DNA of 63,317 nt, filler included, from Folioceros fuciformis (lineage: Eukaryota): the NCBI GenBank assembly GCA_049999805.1. It is 6 parts of 6 records of this genome, joined end to end, with 100 filler letters (N's around TTAATTAATTAA, not from the genome) between each part and the next. Parts side by side here need not be neighbours in the genome. Positions count along the whole stretch, not along the records: positions 26,407 to 36,268 come from JBNGIO010003071.1; positions 36,369 to 54,457 come from JBNGIO010003073.1; 4 more parts are not named here. One strand, given 5' to 3'. The position numbers and the translations under genes are program-made. Of this stretch, positions 26,758 to 38,629 are shown piece after piece. How positions within the stretch are numbered: position 1 is the stretch's first letter; each line of letters opens with the position of its first letter. The notes below the pieces were generated by a model. It worked only from the letters and a program-made list of their open reading frames with translations, was not told the DNA's origin and did no database searches.

Positions 26758-27942
26758 GTGATGCATGTATTGTTCATACTACTTTTGGCAGCTTCAAGTG
26801 GTGATCTTGTGGAGACTTTGCACACTCAAAAAAGTCGTATTTGGTGGAAACCTCCATTGTCTACAAGGTTATGGGAAGAGCTACACATGCAAGCTTGGCA
26901 CTTAGAAGGTCCTAAGAGACAAGATGAGCATTGGTGTAGAGAATACCGAATGTCATATCCAACTTTCATGGTTCTTGTTCCACAACTGCATCCTTTCCTA
27001 GTACAAACCTCACTAAGAACGTCTACACCATGTGATAAAGCTATTGCTCTAGTGTTGCATAGGCTTGGGAGGGATCTACCTTCCCTCACCGTTGCTTTGA
27101 AATATGGTGTTGGAGATGCCACAATTGTTGAGTATACTAAGCTCATTGTTTCCATCTTAAGTGACCCTGCCAAGCTATATTCTTCATTTATCACCATTCC
27201 ATCAGTTCGTCACCAGGTTGACATATCAACAGCATTTGAGCAGCGGACCCTATTGCCTAATATTGTTGGTGCTATAGATGGATTCCTTATCAAGTTTGCC
27301 ACCAAACTAACCGAACAGTACACTCTAGCAGCTTATCACAAACGATACAATATGCATTGCATGGTTGTGCAAGCTGTATGTGACACCCAGAAGATGTTCA
27401 TTAATATATGTGCTAATAGTCCGGGAGGTTCAAATGACGCTAGTATTCTCAAAAATAGTAGCTTATGGCAGCGCCTTATCATTAGACGGATATTTGCAAG
27501 GCCAATCATTGAAGTGGAGGGAGTTCTAGTACCTCCTTACATCATTGGTGACTCCGCTTATCCTCTGAGACCTTTTCTTATGAAAGGCTTCAAAATGCCT
27601 ATGAATGCAAAGCAAAGAGCATTCAACTCTTCCTTTTCTTCTGCACGAGTCGTCATTGAGAATGCTTTCTCCTTATTAAAGAACTGGTGGAGAATATTGA
27701 AGAACCTCAACGTCCACGTGAAATATGCTACGAAGACAGTGGCTGCTTGTTGTGTTTTGCACAACTTTTGCATTGTGGCTGGTGAGTTAGAACCTTTGGA
27801 ACTAGGGGTGGACGAGTATTCTCTACCACATGATGTTCTTGTTATCTTGACAAGTGCGGAGGAAGAGGCTATGAAAAGTATTGCACTGGTTCAACACAAT
27901 GCCTTGGTCAAGCATTGCCGTAGACAAAGACAAGAACAATAG
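26758..27942 (+). CDS. PIF/Harbinger DDE transposase (HARBI1-like), open 394-aa frame
   Basis: YRMSYPTF..L, HTH-like region, VGAIDG, VQAVCD..FI, PGGSNDASIL, YIIGDSAYPL and FN..SSARVVIENAFSLLKNWWRIL..ACCVLHNFC; the D-D-E positions are retained. Confidence 0.93.
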   Translation: MMHVLFILLLAASSGDLVETLHTQKSRIWWKPPLSTRLWEELHMQAWHLEGPKRQDEHWCREYRMSYPTFMVLVPQLHPFLVQTSLRTSTPCDKAIALVLHRLGRDLPSLTVALKYGVGDATIVEYTKLIVSILSDPAKLYSSFITIPSVRHQVDISTAFEQRTLLPNIVGAIDGFLIKFATKLTEQYTLAAYHKRYNMHCMVVQAVCDTQKMFINICANSPGGSNDASILKNSSLWQRLIIRRIFARPIIEVEGVLVPPYIIGDSAYPLRPFLMKGFKMPMNAKQRAFNSSFSSARVVIENAFSLLKNWWRILKNLNVHVKYATKTVAACCVLHNFCIVAGELEPLELGVDEYSLPHDVLVILTSAEEEAMKSIALVQHNALVKHCRRQRQEQ

Positions 27943-28057
27943 TGTTGCATTTATGTGCTTGAGTGATGTACTTTGTTGCACAAATAAGTGAATAAGTCAG
28001 CAAGTGCGTTTGTTGTTTTTGAAAGAAGTCTCTTATTAAAATCCAAAAGTGAGAATA

Positions 28058-28500
28058 CAAGCTTGTAGAGGTAAACAAGCTGATTCTAATGGTATATAGC
28101 TCGTTTTGAGATTAACTGTACATTGGGACTGAATGGCACTTGAAGTTTTGCTCAAAACTTTAAAAACTATTTGGAAGTTTGCAATTTCGGAGCTGTTTTA
28201 GAATCCATCGTTCATTCCAATGAAAAATTGACACCACAAGCTTGTAGAGCTTAATGAGAGAATTTTAATGGTCTATAGCCCATTTTGAAATTAACGGTAC
28301 GTTGGGGCTGAATGGCACTTGAAGGTTTGCTCAAAACTTAAGAAACTACCTTGAAGTCGGCAATTTTGGAGCTGTTTCAAAGGTCATCTTTCATTCAAAT
28401 GGAAAAGTGAAAACATAATCTTGTAGAGATCAATGAGCGGATTCTAATGGTATGTAGCTCTTTTCGAGGTGAGTGATATTTTTGGACTGAATGGCACTTG
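28058..28500. repeat. 179-bp tandem repeat, about 2.5 diverged copies, inside the Harbinger element
   Basis: caagcttgtagag-like starts at 28058, 28237 and 28416; gactgaatggcacttg-like motif recurs with the same period. Confidence 0.9.
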
Positions 28501-28516
28501 GAGTTATAGTGAAACC

Positions 28517-29425
28517 TTACAATATTATAGCTAGCACAAACCATAAGCTATGACAAGTGCTAGAACCCCTTGATGTATCACTCCTCCTCCTGCCTTGAGC
28601 GCTTGGATACTTGTTTAACAGCTTGGCCAACTCTATTTGCGTAAATTGTTGGAGTTCAACAACCTTTATGCTCTGCTCTAGCCTTGTTTTCTCCATGTTT
28701 TGAAGGATCTCCAACCTTGCTCTCTCCATAATTTGGAGGTTCTCTTGCTTCACAGCTTCAACTCTTGCCCACACCTCTGCAAAGCTGTTGATTAATTCAG
28801 CTATCTTGTCTATCCCCGCACCAGAGAGCTTCCTCTTGGCTTGCTTGGAGACCTTCTTCGCTGTAACACCTTTGAGCTTTGTCACGTGAGTGAAAGGTGA
28901 ATCACAAGAGTGATTGTCCTTGGATGTAGAAGGAGGAGTAGGGCCCCTAGTAGGAGTTGTAGGGGGTGGGGATGTAGGAGGAGGAGAAGAGGCAGGAGGG
29001 GAGCTTGCTGGTGGGTTGTGATTGTGTGATGACTCACACACACCTTCAGACATCCCAGATGCCACACCTTCACAAACATGTGTTTTAGTTAAATCCACAA
29101 AGCCTGGATAATGCGAGTTAGGCATTCCTACCACCTTTGGATTGTCTGACATGAAGGAATGCAGTGCTTCCCAAAAAGCCCACTTAGAAGCATGCACTCT
29201 CGTGCCAAGCTTTTTGGTCTCTTCCTTATATTGCTTCTTCAGGAAGTCCATTTTGTTGCGACATTGCAGACTTGTTGGCACAAAGCCCATGCAAGAGGAC
29301 GAAATCATGAGTGCAATAGCGTCCCAATGGTGGGAGGCAAGGTTCCCTTTGTGAAGATAGTTGACATACACCTCCTCGTATGTTGAAATGAGAGCATGAG
29401 TACTGTCTCCTGTCCATGGAGCCAC
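28517..29425 (-). CDS. Myb/SANT-like (trihelix-type) DNA-binding protein, Harbinger partner ORF
   Basis: WTGDSTHALI..GNLASHHWDAIA..TSLQCRNKMDFLKKQYKEE..W.FWEAL, a Pro-rich linker and a C-terminal coiled coil; convergent with the transposase. Confidence 0.88.
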   Translation of the reverse strand: MAPWTGDSTHALISTYEEVYVNYLHKGNLASHHWDAIALMISSSCMGFVPTSLQCRNKMDFLKKQYKEETKKLGTRVHASKWAFWEALHSFMSDNPKVVGMPNSHYPGFVDLTKTHVCEGVASGMSEGVCESSHNHNPPASSPPASSPPPTSPPPTTPTRGPTPPSTSKDNHSCDSPFTHVTKLKGVTAKKVSKQAKRKLSGAGIDKIAELINSFAEVWARVEAVKQENLQIMERARLEILQNMEKTRLEQSIKVVELQQFTQIELAKLLNKYPSAQGRRRSDTSRGSSTCHSLWFVLAIIL

Positions 29426-30234
29426 ATTCTAGTTTCGAAGCCTAGGAATTGCTGAAACTTGTAGCCCATATGCGCTTGGGACAAGTGCTAGTTGTGTTGC
29501 CAACATGCTGTATTGGAACAGCGGATCCATGGGGAACAGATTAGGCAACTTCACAAACACTGTCCAGCACAAACAACGAAGAGCGAAGGAACCATCCCCC
29601 ACAAACAGCGAAGGAAGAAGATGAACCGGTAGTCACATGCACCCAAGATATATCTCGGGTGCTTAAAAAAATATATATGTCAGCTATTACGGGAAAGCCG
29701 CTTTGACATATACAGAGCTCCAACCGTTAAAAGTAGGGTTGCTCCCTACTTTTAACGGACGGAGCTCCATTTCCTTTTAAAAGATCATTCCGTGGACTAC
29801 GCGACGGATGGAGGTGTTCCAATATTCAATGTAAGTAGCCCTTCAGCGTATAGGACGGGCCGGGTCGGCGCACAAAACAGGCCGGGTCCAAAGTTGATAA
29901 TCTTCATTTATAAATTAGATTAATTTATAAGCTATATAGTTCTCTTCTCCTACGGCCGGGCACTCACTTTCTGCTTGGCGTGATGTGCACCGAAACTTTG
30001 TAAGAGCTTCCCAAGTATAATTGAACTCAGTTTCATGTACTGGAAATGGGTCTTCATCGTATTGTTGCGCTTCCGACTCTCCAATCTCCAACCTGTATAC
30101 AAAAATTATGAAGCGAACAACAAGCGATTATGACCTGTGGGGCATATTTCAAACGAACATTTCAACAAGGCAAAGACATTCTCCACTTCCACTATGCCCC
30201 TTCTTAAGGACCGATTGAAATGTTTTTTAGTGTG

Positions 30235-31090
30235 GTCTTCACATGTTACATGAAATAGTTTCATGAGGAAATTCATTAATGGATGAGCACTATCATCTAA
30301 GATATATGGAGTTATTTCAACATCCTCAATATATAGAGTAAGGTCTCTTAAAATAACACTTGTCTTTATCTTCTGCCATATGCTACTTTCCTTAATACTT
30401 GTAGCATCATGAACTCCACCAAGATGAGTGCAACATACATCGATGACGCATCACACATGCCTTGTAGTACAACAGAGTGAATATCATGACAGACACTAGT
30501 ATGCAACTGGGTTATCTAACCTATTATATTAGGTTGTGTAGCCAACTTGATGTGAGAACCATCTATAGCTCCAACCATATTGAATAGACCTGTAAGTTGC
30601 TTGAACTTTGAAGTTGTTAGCTCTAGTTCTATTCCTGTAGGCCAATGAATCAATCTGGAAAATAAATTTTCCTCATTGCTTGATATCTTTGAAATCATAA
30701 TGAAGTACTGAGCCACAGTTGAAGCTCCTAAGCCATACATATCTGCAACAATATAAGGTGCCAACCCTCTAGCAAGCCGAAAGAGCACTATAGCAACTGC
30801 ATGGTGGAGTTGAAGAGGCATTCTAATCGATGTGCGAGGCATGTAGGGTCGCAGCATATCAGCTAAGACTAAAACGTTAGGATACAACATTCTATAAGCA
30901 AATCGCCATTGAGCATCCCGCACCTTAACTCCATTACTGTGCCATGCTCAGATGTGAATATCTCTCCATACCATGATTTGCGGAGAAAACTTCCACCATT
31001 CTCTCTTCTGCTTCTTGGATGATAACTCTTCCAAAACTCCACTCATGCCAAATAGGAAAATTACAATGAAAATAGAAGTTGACAACCAAT
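30235..31090 (-). pseudogene. Second PIF/Harbinger transposase, disrupted and 3'-truncated
   Basis: REWWKFSPQIMVW..AWH..RDAQWRFAYRML aligns with element 1; MVGAIDGSHIKL, GGVHDATSI and PYILDDSAHPL follow with stops and frameshifts; the final E motif is not found. Confidence 0.85.
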
Positions 31091-31959
31091 CATAATAAAA
31101 TACAAGAGATGTCTCATGATCCTAAGACTCTGACAACATAATAAAATACAAGAGATGTCTCATGATCCTAAGACTCTGACAATATGGTTAAAAAAGCATA
31201 TAATAATTGATCCATTAATATATAAAAATATACAAAAACTTCAAAACTCCTATCATAATGATAAAAGATAGAGACACAGCATGCATGCAAAGCACAAAGA
31301 CACAAGAGAGACATACATAAATAAGTTGTTTGAGTGTTGGAAAAACAGAGGGACCGGAGATGTTTGAGGTTTTGTAGTAGCAACGTTGTTTGTGGCGTAG
31401 CAACGTTGTTTGTGGCATATAGACATACATTTAAAGACTTTGATATATGACTGCTTCAATTTCTATGGAAATTTTTTATTTGAAATTGTTGCGAAAATTG
31501 TTCCATGAAGTTGAAACAACCAAATATGAGAGCACACATGAAACACTTGTATCTACAAGCTACTGCCAGATGCATACATCCTTGACCTGGAACGTGCCAC
31601 CAAATTCCACTATCTACCAATTAACTTGTCACACCACAAGCACATGTGGAGAGCATGCTATATGTTTGAGTGGCAAGAACTGTGTGTGCTTATGTCTCCT
31701 TGTTGGTGCACACTTTCATCGGGCCACCGAAACTAAACATGCTACTTTCTTGAAGGGAGTCTTCTTGCCAAGCTTCTTGCCAAGATAGCAACCTTCCTAC
31801 CCTACGTGGAGCCTTCCTGCCCTTGTCTGGCGTCTTGTTCACTTGTTGCCCTTCTCTCTTCCAAGTTTGTTACAAGTCCTAGGAGTTCGTTTGTCATCTA
31901 CATCCTGCCTTTTTTACCACTTCTACTATGTTCACCAAGGCCTCCTTTAGGCAACCCAG

Positions 31960-32850
31960 CAAGCATCGCTGTAATTTTTAGTTGGTTTTTCATCTACAAT
32001 TCATCTTGGCGGAGCTCATGTTGCAACATCAGTTGTTGCATGTGAGGCTAGTTTGCATTTTGGCCTCTTCAATCTTTGCCAAACAATCAGCGAAAGATGA
32101 TAAGCCTGCTGCAATTTCCTTTTCCACTCCTGAAATAGAAGACCTTCTACGCTTGACCTTTTTGCCTTGTACAAATCACTCATATTGTTCTATTCTGCAA
32201 TGCTTGGCTTACTTGGGGATTTTGCACAATGCTTCTTTGTTGTCTCTTCAGCTTTGGAAGTGACATGATGGGGTGCATGCGGTGAATCACCTTGGCTTGC
32301 ACCAAATCAAATAAGTAAGTTCCACTCTTTGCAACATCTGAAGGTGAGTTGGCAATACCTTGTGAAGGCTTTGACTTACCAGGATCCAAGGCACTTGGAA
32401 TCCCTTGGAATTTGGGGTTTTTGTCACAAAGGTCTGCCATCGCATGGAAGTGAGGCCACAACGAATTGATGATTTTTGCTCCTTCTCCTTTTCGATATCG
32501 CTTCTTGAGATTTTTCATTTTCATCTTGCACTTTTTTTGCAGTCACACCAAGAAGGCCATAGTTGTTGCTAACTTCAACAGCCACCTCATTCCAGTGTCT
32601 TGCAATGAGATGACCTTGCTTGAGGTGCACCAGGTGCATCTAATGATAGGCTTCTATCAGAACAATTGTTGCCTCTTCACTCCACATGAGGTTGTCATCG
32701 CGCTTTGATTTGGTTGTAGCATGTTGCTCCTCTGAGCCTACAAGGAGATCATTGTCTTGGTCGTCAAAGGCTTGTCCATCCTCCACAACGGTGAGATGTC
32801 CCATGTTCTGCCTTGTGAAGTCTTGGAATCCGTTCAGTACCTAATCCATG
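31960..32850 (-). pseudogene. Second Harbinger Myb/SANT-like ORF, disrupted
   Basis: LKQGHLIARHWNEVA, KMKNLKKRYRK..WPHFHAMADLCDKNPKFQGIP and coiled-coil GLSSFADCLAKIEEAK spread over shifted frames. Confidence 0.8.
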
Positions 32851-33085
32851 ACTGATCTATGGAGTGTTGATTGGTTAGGAGGCGGAGTATGTGGCTAAGG
32901 GTAAACAGAGGCTACAGTACTTGTGGTGGAAGTTAGAAGTTTTGTTGTCAAGGTTGGAAGAGTCTTCATCCTCACAAGAGGCTAACGCGCGGGAGAGTGG
33001 TGACCTAAGTTGTATGACTATTAATTATAATTATACCATCACGAGTATACAATGGAATCAGAGCAAGTCCTTGGACCGATTTTCC

Positions 33086-33225
33086 AGACAAAATATAGAA
33101 TACTGCGAACTCACCATATTTTTTGAACAAAATATAGAATACTGCAAACTCACCATATTTTTTGGACAAAATATAAAATACTACAACCACCATGTTTTTG
33201 GGACAAAATATGGAATACTATAAAC
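33086..33225. repeat. About 39-bp tandem repeat (gacaaaatatagaatactgcaaactcaccatattttt), 3-4 copies
   Basis: Directly visible; lies beyond the Myb ORF of element 2, possibly subterminal. Confidence 0.85.
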
Positions 33226-33803
33226 TGACCGTGTGAGCAGTTTTTACTTTCTTTCATGGAAAAAAAGCATTTTTTAGAGCTTTTCTTTTCTTTTCTTTCC
33301 AGGAATAGACGGCATGCGTAGTCGACACGGAATAAACATCCAGCAACAGCCCAGGAGGGTCGTAACCGCTACCAGCTGCAGGGCTGCGGCACTTGAAATT
33401 GAGTGAACGACACACTAAACCTTGCACAAATTCGACACAGCCCAAGCAGTGTTTACGATAAGAACTGTTATAAGCAACCCACTGACCCGGTCACTCAAGT
33501 CATAGGGCCAAAAGGAAAAAAAATGCTGTGAAAGAGACCACCACAAGTTTCCACCTCGTCGTGAGCTCATGCTAAAATTACGTACCTACCGCATGCGGGT
33601 GAAATCCTGACTTTCTTGTTGTACAAAGGTCGCGAGAGCCAGGATCCTGGCGCACTGTCGCTGACAACTTGGTACAGCCTTTGTGCTACCGCTATTGGGA
33701 TGCTGGCTACCGCTATTGGGGTGCTGGCCTCCGCAATTATAATGGGTGGGGCCGAGGAAGGAGGTAAGCAACGGTGAAAGGGACCAAGCCTGCCTCTTTA
33801 CTA

Positions 33804-36150
33804 TTATGTGCGTGCAAAAAAATCATTCAGAGCCAGGTTTGCATCTCCATGAGGGACCACATCTTCCGGCTCCGGAATGAACAGACTTGTGGAACTAGCC
33901 TGTGGAGGCAACAAAAAAGGTGATAGACATCAGCTTTCTGCCTGCAATTACACAAACCCTACACTTAGTCTGGACTCCAATCAGCGCCTTCCATTACCTT
34001 GGCATCCATCACCAACTCGCCGGACGGACTCTCCACAGTGAGCTGGGCACCATGGGCTCTCAGCCACTCTTCGCATTCCTCCATTCCTTCCACTTCCCTT
34101 TCTTCACCTTCTGTGCAGGTTGAGAATCCTAATGCTCTGGCAATAAATAGAACAGACACCGACGGTCTATAAGCCCTTGACATGCACCTTAGGGCCTCAA
34201 ACCTCATCTTCTCGACGTGCAAGTCTGCATCATAGAAACGCAGTTAGGAGTGGCCGCATCGATGGTATGATCAAAATACGGACAGTTGCATGGCTACATT
34301 TTCTAACATACCCATTAAGCAGGGGTTTAGGTTCGGAGCCGTTCTGTATAGGCGGAAGAAAGCATGATAGTTGCCGATTGCGACAGCTTCACGCACAGCC
34401 AGGGCATGCTGAACTGCTTCATCTTTCTTGGCCTCAATTGATAGCCTGTGGATGTTCCAACTGTCAGCAAAGCGTGTACAAGCCGCTGGTTCCAAGAGGT
34501 ATCATTAAAGCACCTTACCTTGCCATGGAAGATAGAAGTTCTCGACTACTTCCCCGCTGGAAAATGATGTAGAGCAGACTGTAGGCGGCAAATTCACTAC
34601 TGCAACCCTTGATACCTTCGCCGTATAACTCCTTCAACCGACTCAGGCACTGCACTCCAGTCCCAAAAACACAATTGAGATGTTGTCGTGAGTGATACAG
34701 GAGGGTAGGTTGAGCTTCTTCACAATCTCACCAACAAACCTGATTGTACTCCGGTAGATCTCCCGCCTCCAAAGCCATTCGACCGTGAGTCTCGTACACC
34801 TAAATCACAGCCAACAGTAGCCGTCACAATCGACGGACGTGACATTGGGTCTCAAGAAGGGATTTGTAAACCGCGTGATAGAATTTCACCTCCACCGTGA
34901 GCTCATCACGAATCCTCTGTACAGTGAGATCTTGCCGAATGGATTTCAGCTGCTCGCATTTGTATAGATAACTCTTGGATGTACTTTGGACCATCGCCAG
35001 AGCCCTCCTCAAGACGTCCTCTGGTCTCACCTGCCAACCAACCCCATACATGCATGAGCACAAAGCTGTAATACGAATTGTGGAGTCAAAGCATCCTCGA
35101 TTTGTTTGTGAGACAAGGCACCACAAAAAAGGCTTGCGTCTTCTACGTCTTCATTTTTTGAAGAGAGGAAGGGCTTACCGTGCTAGGGTCAGGAGCAGAT
35201 GTCAGCCGCAAGTACCGCTTCTCAATCTCCTGGCAGGTGCCCTTCACTGTGAGTGCATCCCAATCAATGTCCTCAACAGCCCGTCCATTACCGTCACCAG
35301 CGCTCATAGCCAACTGCAATGCAGTTGCTCGTCGAGCAGTAGCACTACCTCCAGACACTCCTTTCGCCTTCGCCGAACCCTTTGCTCCTACACTGAGGTC
35401 TTTACTTCTGTCAAACCGTTTTGTTCGACTTTGTCTACGTTTCTTCTCTTCTGGGGTCTCTGCTGAGACAGCAGAACCCAGATGAATCCCGCCTGTGTCT
35501 TCCTCATCCTCACTTTCACTATCACTGTTTGTCGCACCATTATAGTTAGGTGCGACTGTCCTTCGCACCCGTTTCACCCCTTTCTGGAGCCTCTGCTTGA
35601 CCGATTGTCCTGGAGTCTGCTGCTGTGAAGGCTTAGCTTTGATCCACGACATTTCCCTCTTGCTTGGCGAGATCTGCATGACCGTTCCAGACTATAAGAA
35701 ACTATAACAAGAGGGATCTGAAAGGATCGACATTTGAAACCACTTCAACATTTGATGAAGAAAAAGCATACAGAATTTTCTCCATCAGTGGCCCTATCTC
35801 GGATGGCGTCTTTCTTGCCATCACGACCTTGCAGCCGGCCATACTTGTCCTCATCCTCCACCTCTTCTGCAACAGGCTCCCATCTACTTCTGACTCGTCT
35901 GTTTGGACTACGTTCCAGCTTCATAATAACTGGAGTAGCAGTAGGGCGCTGGATGCTACTGCAATTTAAGCACACCCATTAGAGACCGAAAAAATGGGAC
36001 AACTTCTGAGCGAGGTGCAAGCCAATAAGGATGGCAGTTGTATAGGATACCCTTTCCCGCCAGTCACCACCTCAGGCAGGGAGAACAAAGGTTCTGTGTC
36101 CCAATCCTTCGTGAAGAGAGATCCATCACGTGACGCCTCTGTAATCATCT
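33804..36150 (-). CDS. SAC3A: SAC3/GANP family protein A (LENG8/Thp3-like), 3' part, multi-exon
   Basis: [94 protein letters not shown], ending [17 protein letters not shown]; the 5' end lies beyond the contig. Confidence 0.92.
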
Positions 36151-36479
36151 GCGGAAAGATAGTCTCAAAGTTTGCATGAATGCATGTAACCTCAAGCTGG
36201 TCGTAATTCCACACAGTCTAGCAGCAATGCATATATACATACATATACGTGTTCCCAATGCAAGCATANNNNNNNNNNNNNNNNNNNNNNNNNNNNNNNN
36301 NNNNNNNNNNNNTTAATTAATTAANNNNNNNNNNNNNNNNNNNNNNNNNNNNNNNNNNNNNNNNNNNNGTCTACCGGCGCACTCCAACCACGAGAAGAGT
36401 TTGTCTCTTTAGGGTTTAGGGTCCATATAGTTCTCGATTTATAATTGTGCTTGTAGTGTGGTTGTTTTGACCAAACTGT

Positions 36480-37694
36480 TTGTTGGCAGAAACCTGCAGA
36501 CATAATGACCTCGAATCATTGCCGAAGCCTTTCCAAGATTACGTGTATTCAGCGAGAAACTGGAAGCATATGGAAGAGGAAAAGCAGAAACTCGCTAACG
36601 CAGATATGGATGCGGGACTATCGAAGTTTAGGGTCCCAAGCAGCAATCAGAAGACAAAGTATCAAGTAATCCAGCAAAACGTTCTAAAGATAAACGGATT
36701 TCTGGTAAAACAACCATATACTCTGTTATTCGCTAATTTGCCTCGTAGACTGCAACTCCATGAATTTGACAGGCAGCTTACAAGCGAAGAACTTGAAGAC
36801 ATGATCATCGGATTTTCAGAATGCACGAGCAGTAATGTTTATAGGATGGTCCTCATGCACGGGGTGGACCTCAATACATAGGCTAGGGAAGCACTTCGAC
36901 CATGGTGCAAGAAGGGCACCATACAGACATTGCTATGGGAGAAGACCAACATTCCTCCCAGTGCAGGGGCAGTTGAGACTGTGGAGTATTTAACTGTTGG
37001 AAGCGTAGGTCACTCAGAAGCGCAGACCACAAAAGCTGCTTTATTCACGAATCAGGGATTTCTTTTGCCGAGAGTTATAAGGCATGGAGCTGTGGTTAAA
37101 AAACATTTGTTCCACTCGGCAGATTCTATGGTCGTCTCGCTGTATCAAAAGCCTCTAGGGTTAATGGGTATGCAGGTCAATATGTTTTCGGCTGAAAGAG
37201 ACTAGGTCGTGGATGCGTGCGCAGGATCTGGGTTGTTCCTTTAGGTTGTGATTCAAAGAGGAAGGCATGTTGTCACAATGGACATTGATATACGATGCAC
37301 GACTTATATGATGCAGAGAGTGAATGGCGTTGGCTCTTTGCCAGACGCTCATGAGGAGATCAGCACAGACCACTTCTCACACGGGCCCACAAAGTTTTGG
37401 GCCAAAGAAGTCTGTGCAGACGGTAGCGTGGATCGTCATATGCAGGTATTCAGTTTGCTAGGCAAAAAGGGAGAGATATTTTCTCAATCGAACAACAGAC
37501 CAGCGGAAGATCTGTACCTGATGACGATTTGGGATGAGAATGGCACACTTCCGCCTCAGACTGTGGACGACCCACATTTCTTTGTCCCGGACATGGAGGG
37601 AGACGACTTCAGAGACACAGAGGGCCAGCGACTCAAAGATGTAGATATAGTTGTCGATTCCGAGGCCAACCAAGACATTCATGATTTGGTGTAG
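36480..37694 (+). pseudogene. Beta-class DNA amino-methyltransferase (N6_N4_Mtase-like), one frame with three premature TAG stops
   Basis: ORFs 36480-36881, 36930-37205 and 37248-37694 share one frame. Read-through gives YTLLFANLP (degenerate motif IV), LLWEKTN, and YQKPLGLM..VNMFSAERD*VVDACAGSGLFL*VVIQRGRHVVTMDID (motif X-I-II region). Confidence 0.75.
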
Positions 37695-38629
37695 AGGTGA
37701 TTTGGAGAGTAGCTGAAGTCCATGGTACATTATGCCTATATTTAAATTCGACTTGTAAACCCTCTAAATTCATGGCATGCACATAGCCGACTTCTTGTCA
37801 CCCGAGCATACTGTTGAGTGCGCTGGTAGATTAAGTATGATTCGTTTTTTCTGGAAATTTTCATAGTTCTAATAACTTATGTACTAGTTGGTTGTGGGCT
37901 GAAAGCAAATTTGTGGAGATGGATGGCGTCCACCACACATCAAAACAAGTCCTTTTTTTTTAAATGGCTTAAATGTGGATATGTGACTAGGATGGTGTAA
38001 ATTCAAATGTGCACCAAACGGGCTGCATAGAATACGACCGTTAGGCGCAGAACTTGTTACATGAGTGTCAACCTCCTCCTCTCCAGAGGAGCACACTTTA
38101 GAATAGGAGAGCTTGCACCACCACTTTCGCATGCTCCTCGTTGGTGGGATGTTGGACTCATAACTTCGATCTACATCACCACCCCCCCCTGGCCATCTTG
38201 CCCTGCACCATTGCCTGGGGTCCCTAGGCACCTCCTCCACCGACTGCTGCGTGTCTTGCAATACTCGCCTCCATCGCATCAAGCTCCACCTGCAAAAAAC
38301 GGCGTTCACGACAATCTTCCCCTCCACAGCTATGTCTTGCAAGCTTCCGACGTCTGGGACCAAACATGTCAGAAAGAAAAAAATTTGACAGCCACTCAAA
38401 CGTTAGGAAAACCCTTAGTACACACTGCATTGTCTCTATGGGACGCACAAATGACTGCCGACTGCCGAGGTAGGCATGTTTGTGATGCCCAAACATTTGG
38501 ACGCTATACAGAGGGGCAAAACATTCTATTAAACAACCCTTGACCGTATCGGTATTCCATACCTTCGCTGTCCATGCAAGGGTTGATAACATGCAGATCC
38601 GTAACAACCAATAATCAACAAACAAAATG

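Noticed and set aside
33804-37694. Apparent neighbourhood of SAC3A and the Harbingers with the methyltransferase
   Set aside because: Separated by a contig linker, so there is no evidence of physical linkage.
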